Shown piece by piece: positions 35,292 through 45,500 of a DNA stretch of 64,000 bases (position 1 is its first letter; each line of letters begins with the position of its first letter). Below the pieces are notes generated by a model. The model had not been told where the DNA came from and did not search any database. It saw only the letters and a program-made list of their open reading frames with translations. The position numbers and the translations under genes were made by a program. Source of the DNA: an uncultured Solirubrobacterales bacterium (GTDB taxonomy: Bacteria > Actinomycetota > Thermoleophilia > Solirubrobacterales > 70-9); assembly GCA_963787415.1 (NCBI GenBank), contig CAWBCO010000002.1:84962-148961 (forward strand), in the 5' to 3' direction.

Positions 35292-36377
35292 GTGAAGGTT
35301 CGACGGGAAACCCGGCGAACAGATCGGTGGTATAACGAGCACATGGGTTCCCGGCTTCCCAGGGGAGTGGTCCCTAGACGTTGGCCTTCCCCCGCTATGG
35401 CTCTCGCGATGGTTGCGTTGCTCGTCGCCTTGGGCGGCACCGGCTATGCGGCTTCTGCCGGAAACTCACCCGCAGCCAAGCACTCTCCCCTGATGCTGAA
35501 GCTCGGACACCGGGGACCACGCGGCTTGCCGGGAGCTCCAGGGCCGCGCGGTCCCTCCGGGCCGCAGGGTGTTCGGGGGTCACTGGGCGTTCCCGGAGCA
35601 GCCGGACCAACTGGAGGCCAGGGTCCGCAAGGGGTTCCAGGTGACGCTCGCGCATACGCTTACGTGGAACCTCCTTGCAACGGATGTGGAGAACTTCCCG
35701 CCAACTTCACGGCGCTGCAGGCAGCCCAAAGCAAGAATGTCGCCCTTGCGGGGCATAGCAATGCCTACGGGACCGACGTCCAGGGCACTGCCCCCGGCAC
35801 GTGGTGCTTCATTCTGGAAGGCGGGGTAGAACCGGGCAGCGCCACGGTTGTAACCAGCGCCGTACACACGGAAGACGAGCGGTCCTCCGACGTAAGCGCG
35901 GAGTGGGTTCCGCATGCCCCTGACTGTTCGTCGAGCCAGATCGAGATAAGAACCTTTGCCACCGCGATTAAGGAAGGCAACATAGTCACGGAACCCGCCT
36001 ACGCCGTTTCGTTCTCCTTCGTGGTCTTGTCTGCTGCTCAGCCACCGTCCGGCGGCGGGACGCCACCCAGCTTCGAAGGGCTGCAGAGCGCGTTCGCCTG
36101 CTCCCCAATCCCGCGGGCGTTGCCGTACGGACTCACCTGGAAGGCTGCCACGGACAAGGTCACGCCGAGTTCGCAGATCGTCTACGACATCTACCTTTCT
36201 CACACTAGCGGCGGCGAGGACTTCTCCCACCCAACCTGGACGACCGCACCAGGCGTCACCAGCTTCGAAACTCCGCCCCTGAATGAACCCTCTTACTTCG
36301 TAGTGCGAGCGCGAGACCAGGCAGGCAACGAGGACCAGAATACGGTTGAGCGCGTAGGCGAAGATCCCTGCGAATAG
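35292..36377 (+). CDS. secreted collagen-like (G-X-Y repeat) protein
   Basis: Signal anchor [22 protein letters not shown], then [43 protein letters not shown], then a globular C-terminal region with an FN3-like end. Confidence 0.7.
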   Translation: MKVRRETRRTDRWYNEHMGSRLPRGVVPRRWPSPAMALAMVALLVALGGTGYAASAGNSPAAKHSPLMLKLGHRGPRGLPGAPGPRGPSGPQGVRGSLGVPGAAGPTGGQGPQGVPGDARAYAYVEPPCNGCGELPANFTALQAAQSKNVALAGHSNAYGTDVQGTAPGTWCFILEGGVEPGSATVVTSAVHTEDERSSDVSAEWVPHAPDCSSSQIEIRTFATAIKEGNIVTEPAYAVSFSFVVLSAAQPPSGGGTPPSFEGLQSAFACSPIPRALPYGLTWKAATDKVTPSSQIVYDIYLSHTSGGEDFSHPTWTTAPGVTSFETPPLNEPSYFVVRARDQAGNEDQNTVERVGEDPCE

Positions 36378-36569
36378 GTCTTGACCTTCGTTTGGGATCC
36401 CCAGTTAAGTTAGCGGGCACGGCAGGTGCGGACGGTTTCTGCTTTCGGCTCTGGGCTTTCGGCGGGTTCAAAATTGGCGGAGGCAAGGAAGAGGGGCCCG
36501 AGGTGGAGCTCGGTGGGAGCCGGCAGGAGATGCTGAGTCAGATGTAGACCTTGCCTCCCCTGCGCTCGT

Positions 36570-37160
36570 TCACTCATATCTCGAGAGTTTGAATCTGCAG
36601 TGGTTAAAGTCGAGGGCGATCACCTCGTCGTTTGCGAGGTGTCCATTTTTGATGAAGCGCGCGGTGAGTCGCTGCACTGCAATGGCGTAGCGGGCGCGCA
36701 GCTGGGCCGTGATCGTCTTGAGCAGGGACTGTTGGCGGCCGAGGTAGACGAACCATTTGGCGAGCCTTGTTGTATCGGTCGGCGGTCGAGGGATGGTGGA
36801 TATTTCGCGCACGGTCGCATCGAAAAGCGTCGTTGCACGGGAGAATTTGGCCGCGGCAGGCCCGAAGCGTTCTGCTCTGACCAGAGGCTTAATGCCATTC
36901 ATGGTGCGCTGGGTGGCCAATGCATGGGGCTTGCATATCCCCTCCAGATGGGCGACGTATTGAGGCTGGGTCGGAGTTGCTTCGGCGGCAGCTACGGTAC
37001 AAATTAAAACCACCCCACGAACACCGTGAGCAGCGATAATGTCGCGGTGCACGCGGCCTCCGGTCAGTGCGCTGCTGCATTGGCTTATTTCGGTTGGATG
37101 AGCGCATCGATCACCGTTCTGTGAAAGCTGAACTGAGGCGCATGAGAGCGAGATCTTCAA
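36570..37160 (-). CDS. hypothetical protein
   Basis: 196-aa ORF in a locally lower-GC stretch. The start is uncertain. Confidence 0.3.
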   Translation of the reverse strand: MKISLSCASVQLSQNGDRCAHPTEISQCSSALTGGRVHRDIIAAHGVRGVVLICTVAAAEATPTQPQYVAHLEGICKPHALATQRTMNGIKPLVRAERFGPAAAKFSRATTLFDATVREISTIPRPPTDTTRLAKWFVYLGRQQSLLKTITAQLRARYAIAVQRLTARFIKNGHLANDEVIALDFNHCRFKLSRYE

Positions 37161-37218
37161 GACGCTGATGCGCTAAGACGGGCGACTGTGGTCGGGGCTC
37201 CCGCCGTGAGAACTCGAC

Positions 37219-37623
37219 TCAACCACCGGCATCGCCGTGCTCGTATAGCTCCAGAGAGCCGAGCACGGCGCTGACGCGCTTGAAGTCGGAATCAAGACCC
37301 CACAAGGCGTGACCGGCGCGAGCTGCAGCAACGGCGATCGCGAGGTCGGTGAGTGGAAGAGTCTCCCCCGCCCGGTGCAGGCGACGGGCGGTCGCGCCGA
37401 CCTCGCGCCAGGCCGCAGGGTCCAGCTGCGCCCAGGGTAGCGACGACAGCGTCTCCCACAACCTCTCTGCAACCTCGCCGTCGGCGCCGGCGAGTAGCTC
37501 CGCAACGACGGGGCCGCAGGTGGCCACCTCGCCAGCGTCGAGGAGCGTGCGCATGCCCGCAGCACGGCCGCGGACCCCGCGGCGAGAGAAGTCGACCCAA
37601 ACCGAGGTATCGGGTAAGACCAC
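37219..37623 (-). CDS. vapC: PIN-domain toxin VapC
   Basis: MVLPDTSVWVDF ... TCGPVVAELL ... LPLTDLAIAVAAARAGHALWGLDSDF carries the PIN acidic residues in the usual order. Confidence 0.75.
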   Translation of the reverse strand: MVLPDTSVWVDFSRRGVRGRAAGMRTLLDAGEVATCGPVVAELLAGADGEVAERLWETLSSLPWAQLDPAAWREVGATARRLHRAGETLPLTDLAIAVAAARAGHALWGLDSDFKRVSAVLGSLELYEHGDAGG

Positions 37624-37827
37624 TCAGATCCGCCGGTCGATCGCGCGCATCTCCGTGGAGACATCGTCGATCTCGATCGAACCAGCGTTCTCGAGCAGCC
37701 AGTCCACCGCGCCACGGCGGACATGGTCGGCGATTGCAGCCTCCACAGCCTTGGTTTTGGACTCGCCGGGGTGACGAGCCATGAGCGAACTCATAAGGTG
37801 CTCGTCAAGATCGAGCGTAGTTCTCAT
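37624..37827 (-). CDS. vapB: VapB-family antitoxin (DUF2191-like)
   Basis: MRTTLDLDEHLMSSLMA ... SKTKAVEAAIADHV. It abuts the vapC start. Confidence 0.7.
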   Translation of the reverse strand: MRTTLDLDEHLMSSLMARHPGESKTKAVEAAIADHVRRGAVDWLLENAGSIEIDDVSTEMRAIDRRI

Positions 37828-37970
37828 GGCATAAGTATGCCATATCGCTTACTTCTCATGAGATCAGCGGCGGACCTCTCCTCCCACGGATAGAGGAGGA
37901 CCGTCAGATCGGGGTTGGGACCTGACGGCGGCGGACATTGGAGGTAGCGACTACCGTGACGTCTGTGGCG

Positions 37971-38211
37971 ATGATCCCCCAAAAAGAGCTGCGCAACAAC
38001 ATCGGCGAGGTATTACGCCGGGCTGAGGCCGGTGAGGAGATCACGATCACAGTCTCGGGGCGCCCGGTGGCGTCTCTGGGGCCGGTGCGGACTCGTCAAT
38101 GGGTGAGAGGCTCTGAGCTTGCCGGTCTGCAGGCCCTGCCGCCCGACCCGACACTCGCCAGCGACATCGAGGACTTCGGTGCAGAGTTGCGCGATCCCTG
38201 GGCCGCAGAGT
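37971..38211 (+). CDS. Phd/YefM-type antitoxin domain (reads through into the PIN remnant)
   Basis: MIPQKELRNNIGEVLRRAEAGEEITITVSGRPVASLGPV. There is no stop before the PIN N-terminus LLLDTSVLIAGD. Confidence 0.6.
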
Positions 38212-38657
38212 CAGGGCCCTGGTTGCGGCTCCTGCTTGATACATCGGTCCTAATAGCGGGCGATGTCCCGGCAGAGCCCGAAACGGCGATCAGCACAGTC
38301 TCGATTGCGGAGTTGCACTTCGGGCTGCTCGTCGCAGCCGGTGAGGAGGAGCGAGCGCTTCGCACCTCGCGCCTCGGCCTTCTCGAGGCCCGCTTCCCCC
38401 GACCCGCTGGCGCTCGATGACCGGGTTGCCCGCAGTGGGGTCGCTTACTTGCGGCCGTCGCCAAGCGGGGCGGTCGGCCCCGCAGGCGCATGGCCGACCT
38501 CGCGATCGCGGCTACGGCAACCGTCCACGGTGTCGCCCTGCTCACCCACAACGCCAAGGATTTCAAGTTCATCGAGGACTTGGTTGACGTTCGCGCCCCC
38601 GAGAAGCCGTCTCCAAGAGGCTTGGGCAGGCACCCTGCGGCTTCGATCAGCTCCTAG
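38212..38657 (+). pseudogene. PIN-domain (VapC) toxin remnant spread over three frames
   Basis: LLLDTSVLIA ... ISTVSIAELHFG (frame 1), FPDPLALDDRVA (frame 2) and MADLAIAATATVHGVALLTHNAKDFKFIEDLVDV (frame 3, TAG at 38655-38657). Confidence 0.65.
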
Positions 38658-38676
38658 CGCGCTCTACCGCGAAGCC

Positions 38677-39186
38677 TCAGAACGCGCGGTAGGAACTCTT
38701 CGTGATCGTGAAGCCGTGATGGGAGCGGTTTTCGCAGCGAACCGCTCGTGAGCTGATCGTGCAGGTCACGCCGATCGGACCGATGCTCCAATTGCCCCCT
38801 TCGCTGAGCGCCACCGGCTTTGTGCCGACAAAGGTGTCTTGGCTGAGCCGCGCAAGCGACGGATGTCCAGTCGACCCCAGAAAGACGAAGCCGGGGTCAC
38901 CGATGCCCTTGGTCTTCGGAGCCGGCACCGGCTTGGCGCTACAGAGCAGCTGCATCGGCGGCGAGTTGGCCGGGTGGATCGCAACGCCACAGGTGACGTT
39001 CCTGCCCAGAGCCGTCCACAGCTGTGCGCTCGACATCGAGCTCTTGGATCCGAGCACGGCCGCTCCCGCCCTAGGCGCCGCCAGTGAGTCGGCTACTGGT
39101 CCGTACCCCACTGTCGAAACAACCGCGACGATGGTCAGTAGCCCACATCCGGCTACGCAAGGTGAACGCCGCTTGCGTGCAGTCAT
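38677..39186 (-). CDS. secreted or lipoprotein-like hypothetical protein
   Basis: MTARKRRSPCVAGCGLLTIVAVVSTV signal-like N-terminus. Confidence 0.4.
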   Translation of the reverse strand: MTARKRRSPCVAGCGLLTIVAVVSTVGYGPVADSLAAPRAGAAVLGSKSSMSSAQLWTALGRNVTCGVAIHPANSPPMQLLCSAKPVPAPKTKGIGDPGFVFLGSTGHPSLARLSQDTFVGTKPVALSEGGNWSIGPIGVTCTISSRAVRCENRSHHGFTITKSSYRAF

Positions 39187-39501
39187 TGGGGCGACGTTAC
39201 CAGGCTCAGCGGCTGCGAACAATCAAGCACGAGTGAGACCTTCGCGTGGGTCCCGGTGATCGCGTGGACCAGAAGAAGTGCAATGCCATAGGTCAAGCCG
39301 GCCACGAAGCCGCGGCCGGCCGCCCCACCCGTTTCGGTGCTCGAAGCCGGCCACGATGGCACCAATCGCGGCAAGCGCACCAAATGCCCAGTAGGCGCCG
39401 CTGGATACTCCGACCAGCACACCGGTTATCGCACCAGCCAGCGCGGGAACGACTCCAGCGACCACGACTTGCGCGAGACGCGTGCGGTCGCGAAACATCA
39501 T
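39183..39501 (-). pseudogene. small multi-TM membrane protein, apparent frameshift near 39335
   Basis: MMFRDRTRLAQVVVAGVVPALAGAITGVLVGVSSGAYWAFGALAAIGAIVAGFEH is followed by junk. A second frame gives GRGFVAGLTYGIALLLVHAITGTHAKV down to 39183. Confidence 0.4.
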
Positions 39502-39708
39502 CGGGTGATACACCGAACTCCTCCTAGAGTGTGGCTATCGGCCTATCGTCCGCGATATCCAAGTTTCTCATCCTTCCGGTGGCCATGTCGGCGAGGTCGG
39601 CCTGCGCGGGACCCGTGTCCTCCAAGGATCAGTCGCTCGACGGCGACGTTCGTCTTTGTGATGTCCAGATCTAGGACCGTGATTCGCTCGTTGTCTATCT
39701 CGCTCAGC

Positions 39709-42524
39709 TCAGCGCTTCCCACGTCGGCGCCGGCTATGGCGTGTCGCCCTCTTTGACCCCTTTGCCTTGCAGGCGGTCTTGGTCTTCACCTGCTGGGTGA
39801 GAGTTGCGCCATTTTGCCCGCTGAATTCGACGGTCGAGACAGTTGGAGCGCTGCAGAGACTCTGGGTGTTTGAGAGATAGCCCTGCTTCCCGCCAAAGAG
39901 CGTAAAGCGGAAGTTTCCGATGGGAGCGTCGGGGACGACAGGAACAACGGTCTTCAGGCGGCCGTTTTGCACCGAGGAGGATTCTGCCTCGGGGGTGAGC
40001 ATCACCTGCCCGCCAAGGATGAAGGCGAGGTGGGGCAGGACGCCGTAGCCAGAGACAGCGTAGACGGGGCCTTTGAGAGGTGTTTCGAGCAGGGGCGTGG
40101 TGGTGGTTGCTTCGCCAATCGGTTGACGGCCGGCGCACTGATCAGCGGCCAGTTCGGTCCTGTCGCAGAGATTGCCAAGGTGGCGCTGGTCGATCTCAAA
40201 TGCTTTCGGAAAGCGTGACGGAAAGCGTTTTGATGTTGGCGTCGCCGGCTCTGGTGTTGAGTTCGATCGCGAGGCTCGGGTCCTTGCTCCGAGCGGTCGC
40301 TTTGCGGCCGCCGAGCTGGGTGATCGTCATCTTCGGCTTGAATCCAAGAGTTCCACAATTGACCGCATGAAAGTAGGAACTGAAGTTCGCCACCGTACCC
40401 TGATCACCGACTCCCTGCGAGGCAACCGAGAGAGGCGAACAGTTGGTCGGATTGATCATGAAGTTGGGTTTATCGATATTGACCTGGATCGAGCGCAACC
40501 GCAGCGGGATGCCGCCGATGATCTCGGGGACGGTTTCAGAGTCAGCGATCACGTGGGCGTCTAGCGGGTCGATGTGCAGGGCGACTCGGACGACGACCGT
40601 GCCGTAGTCATAGGGACCGGCGAGGGCAGGCGTGACCGCCACCAGTGACAGCGGGGCACCCTGGAAAGGTCCGGCCATGTAGATCCTTCCGACTGCATGA
40701 AAGGGGTGGGATCCGGGACCGGCAGCGACGTTGGAGGTGCCAATTTCTGAAGAAGCCGGGCAGCTTGGGCTTTCTTGCTCGATACGCCCCAGAGTCTGCG
40801 CCGCCTCTGCGATCGATGCCTCGGGGCAGTAGCTGACGCCGTGGAGGTTTGCGGTCAGGCCGGGCGGCATCGTGAAGTTCAGCTTGCCGAGAAACTGATC
40901 GCCGTCTTCGCGGTTGAGTTTCAGGGTGAAGGAGCTGTAAGCACCGGCCGTCGGGGTCGAGGTGCCCGCTTCCAAGCTCGGATTGAATGGGCGAATCTGA
41001 CCGGGGCACTGACTGCCGTTAGGACCCGATTCCAAACCAAAGACCTGATTTGACTGCTGGTCGGCAATTGCTTCATTCCAGGGAAAGAAGTCGGCATTGA
41101 CCGTGTAAATCGTGCATACAGTCGGGGTCGCCATCAGGCTTCGTTCTCCGGCAAATAGATGAATGTCAAATTCATCGACCGGAACCTGCGGAAGTTCTTC
41201 GAAACTCACGGTCAGCTGTCCAGTCTGCGGGTTGGGGTGAACTGATCCGACAAACTTGGCGTTAATTCCAAACCCTGATGCAACCATGAACAGCCGGTAC
41301 TGGTCGCTCGGTAGCGGTTCGCCAATGTAGACTGCACCTTCGAGAGTGCCATCTAGGGCAACAGTATGTAGTGCAAACGTTCCAATCTTTGAATTATTTG
41401 GACATTCCGCAGGCCCCTCCGAGCTGAACCTCGCCTCGGCCTCGGTGCACTTCGACTGTCCGTCCGCGGCGTCCGGATTAATCGTCAAACCAGGCGGCAA
41501 GTTGACAAGTGCGGATTTGATCTCAGATGGAGATACCGCAAAACCCTCAAATTGGGGATCACTCAAGTCGACGTTCAGCCCTGAAGGCGAATCGGTTTCC
41601 GTCGTCGTCGGGCCGGAGTAAAGCACCGGTTTGAATACCTCCTTTTCACACCCAGTCGTTGCGGGGTAGCTGGCTTCTTTGCTGGAGTGGTGTTCAGGGT
41701 CCTCGTAGGTTTCGACTTCGAGCGTCGTGGGCAAAGGTTCATCGGTGCAGGTCGTCGGGTTATCGGTGAGAGGGTGGACCGGGAGATCCGCCGAAATGGC
41801 TTCACTGATGCAGCCCGTCCCCGCCAGGCCTGCGCAACCCGGAGGATTCCCAGGAGTTCCCTTGGGGAAGCGCTGGGAATCGTGGCTCGCCTCAGCCGGA
41901 AAACCCCACAGCGTCATCGCCACTCCAGCGAGGGGGAACGGCCTGTGTAATCTCGGCGACGGTGAAGCGAAGGCCATAGTCTGAGGAGGTCCGCACGCCA
42001 ACGGGGATCGAGATCGGTATGCCGAGGGTCGGTATGATGAACGAGAAGCGGGCGGTTTCTTCGGCTCCCGTTTCCATGTCATAGATCGGCGCGGTGCCGA
42101 GAAGCAAATCTGGCTCGTGGTCGTAATTGGCCCGAATCGTGATCAGCCCCGCCTGGGAGCTGACGGGGCATTCGTCCAACGCGAACAGAGATGCAGTACA
42201 GCGGGAGATAGCGTTCGGGTTGCCAAATACGCCACGCGGAGCGTCGAAAACCACGTTTCGGGCGGCTTCCGGCGCTCCAGGTTCACTGAGTGTGAAAGCA
42301 GTTTCGAGGTCAGGATGGCCGCCGGCCTGGGTGGTCGAGGTGTTTGTTGAGAACGATTCAATGTTCTCGCTCGCTCGTGCCGACGATGCGCCGATCACCC
42401 CGATTAGTAGGAGAATTGCACCGAAACAGGCGGCGGCCGTGCTCTGAAAGCGGAGACAGTCACGATCAGAGCCGCGCATCGAGGTAATCGGCGCGTTGCT
42501 CGTAGTATGGCTTGGTGTGCTCAT
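39709..42524 (-). pseudogene. about 940-aa secreted Cys-rich partner protein A (unknown family), two apparent frameshifts
   Basis: Signal peptide AACFGAILLLIGVIGASSARA and the motif STTQAGGHPDL. Frames switch near 41935 (FTVAEITQAVP / LAGVAMTLWGFPAEASHD) and near 40196 (TLSVTLSE / AFEIDQRHLGNLC). Basic C-terminal tail KAKGSKRATRHSRRRRGKR. Confidence 0.55.
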
Positions 42525-42534
42525 CTCAGGCTGA

Positions 42535-45500
42535 TCATCGGCTTCGACGGTGGTGCCTCGGACTGCCATGGTGGCGGTTCGTCTTGCGATGCTTTTTCAG
42601 ACACTTACCGTGCCTTCTGAGGAAATCGTGCTTGCATTTGGACTGAGCCTGTGATGGAGCGTTACCGCTGTTGCCCGGATTGACGTGGACATTGGGCTGC
42701 GGAGGCGCCGGGGTGCCGGGTCCATGACACTCATCAGATGCCTGGCACGGCACCGGTGGCGGCGTGTATGCAAAGCCGCCAAATTCGCGGGCGTCATAGA
42801 CCTTGACGACCGGCCCGCTCTGGTCCTGAGGGGCAAGGGAGTCGCGGGTGAAGAAATAAACGTCGGTCCCAGTCGCACTCGCGGAGAGTAGGCTCGAATC
42901 GAAGGCGCTAGCGCCGGAGGAGATCAGCTGGACGGTGCCATTCTCCCACTCATATACATCCTGTTTGTTGTCGGTGTCGCGAAGCACAAGAGCGTCACCT
43001 GAGTTGAAAAAGACGCGGCCATCGTTGGTCAGGCTGAGGCCATTTGAAGCCAAAGTGGCGGGACCGCTGGGGGCCACACCGGTCGATTTGCACGAGACGC
43101 AATCCAGCTTCCCGCTCAGCGCTCCATACCGATAGACCTCCGAATGACCGGTATTTTCGTATTCGTCTAGCTTCTGGGTGGTGTCAAAGGCGGCGTATTC
43201 CCCGCTCGGCGTCACCTGGAAGTCGGCGGTGTGCCGGGTTCCCGCTTCCTTGACGCCGTCGACCACGGTCGGATCGTTGGGCGCCAGGGTGGCGACGAAC
43301 TGAGGAGCAGAGCCGGGGCGAACCACGTAGAGGTTGGGCTGATTGGCGGTGCCGTTTGAGGTACCGTCGAGGAGCTCTGGGGAGAGGAAGTAAACCGTGC
43401 CGTCTTCAGAGGCCACTCCCCCACCCCCGCCGATCGCAACCACGCCGCAGTTGGGGCTCGCTTCGAGGCTATTCCAATGAGCGCCTGCTTCATTTGCAAC
43501 CGGATCGCAGGCATTGGAGTTGCCGGCACCTTCGGTGCCGGTTGAGAGCAGCTGCAGCTTGAGGTTGCCTTCGGGGCTGACTTCTGCCTGATAGAGGTCG
43601 GCGCTTTCATCGGTGTCTTGGGCCAGCAGTTTGTCCTTGGTCGTGAAGAAGACCTTGGAGCCGTCTTCGCTCATCCCGTCATAAAGGACGCCAGAGGTGG
43701 ATCCGGGAGCGAGGTCGATCGTTTTGGAGGAATCACCGATGTCCATGTAGGGATGCCAGTAGACGTTGTGATCGGCGTCTTCAGAGACCTTCTGGGCGAC
43801 GATGATGCGCGAGCCGTCCTTGGAGATGTCCAGCTCTGCGATCCCGTTGGGATCACCTGGGGAGTGGCAGCTGCCCGATCCCTGCAGGCAGGGGAGGTTT
43901 TCTCCTTGAGGGGTCTTTGAGACGACGTGGGTCTGCCCCGTGGAGAGATCTCGGTCATAGATCGAAACGTCGCCATTGTTATTGGCGTCTGGCTCAAACT
44001 GGGAGACCGAGCCAAAGATGAAGTGGGAGCCGTCGGCAGAGAAGTACTTGGCGATGTGGCCGTCTGGCTTCGCGCTGATGGGCGGTTGGATCGAGCCGGC
44101 CATTCCCTGCACCAGGGAGCCGCTTGGCAGGTGCAGGGGGATGCCGGTTTCTATTCCTTCGCCAAAGCAGGGGGCGCAGAGCGCTTCTCCAGAGAAGGCG
44201 AAGGTTTCCAGGTTGGGGGTGGCTTCGGCCACGGTTGAGGAGAAGGGGTCAGAGGCGGGATCGATGTTTGAGGGGATGCCGACGTATTCGGTCGACCAGC
44301 CTTCGGCCGTACGGGTGGCGACGTAGGGGTCGACGCCATCGTTGGTCGGATGACCGGTACCCGAGATGCCACCGTCGTGGACTCCGTAGAGAATGCGCGG
44401 CGGGCTTTCGGCTTGGGAGAATCCACCAAATGGGGCTTCACCAGGCACGAGATCAGACTCAACATCGTAGCCGCCGGCATTGGGCGAGGAGACGCGCTCA
44501 TAGGCCCGACAGTCGAGCAGTCCCGCGGCCCCGGTCTGCTGGCGCTGGTGGGCGTTGGGGCAGGGATCATGGCCCAGTTCGACAAACGGGAAGGTGGTGA
44601 AGGTCTCGTCTGGACCAAACGTCGGAGTCAGTTTGTTCGTATTAACTGCCGCAACGCGCCAATGGTAGGTCGTCCCGGGGGTGAGGTTTTCCAAATCACC
44701 GGTTACGCTCTCAAACGTCGTGCCACGTCCCATCGTCGTCTTCGGAGTTGACAGACATTGGCTGATCGCACAGTTATTGGAACCGTATTCAAAATAATAT
44801 TCCGTGTACTTTGCACCAGGTTCATTGAAGTTGGTCGCGTTGCTTTCACCCGGATAAATTTCGGCGGCGACAGTAGCCACATCAGTATGAACTTCTGCTG
44901 TAGCGATCTTGCGGAATTCTGGCGGCGCGGGGGGTGTCTTGAAAGATTTTGCCGGCCCGACGCTCGTGCCGAGACTGTTGGAAGCAACGATCGAGACACT
45001 GTATTCCGCATCGGGTTCAAGACCCGTCACCGGTAGGCTGACTTTTGTCGGACCGCTCGGAACACCCGCGTCCGCCCCTCCGACGGGGGCTTCGAGAGTG
45101 GGCCCGCTTCCACATGTCTCGAGTTCGGGGGGCGTTGATTCAGACCACTGACACGAGTAATAGCTATATGAGAAGTAGTAGTGAGTATCGAGTGGTTCGG
45201 CATTGAACGAACCGTGGAACGTTGCCGTAGTCCCGTCGAGTTCAGTCGGTTCTTCGGTTTCCAGTTCGCCGACCGCACCCGTGGTCGTAAAAGTCTGATC
45301 GCTGCCATAAGTGGTTCCGATCCCGTTGGTGGCGACGAATCGGTAGTGGTAGGCCGTTTCTGTGTGCAGGCCGGTGAGCGTCGCTGCCTCCGCCGTCGGG
45401 GTTGGACCACTCGGCGACCCAGCATCTTCGCCTGGGGGAGTGGCTGTCGTCTGTCCGTAGCTTTCTGATTCGCCCCATTCGAAATAGTAATCGGTGTCTT

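Noticed and set aside
35580-36230. 216-aa minus-strand ORF
   Set aside because: It is antisense to the collagen-like gene, which has a signal peptide and a regular G-X-Y run. The antisense frame has no features.
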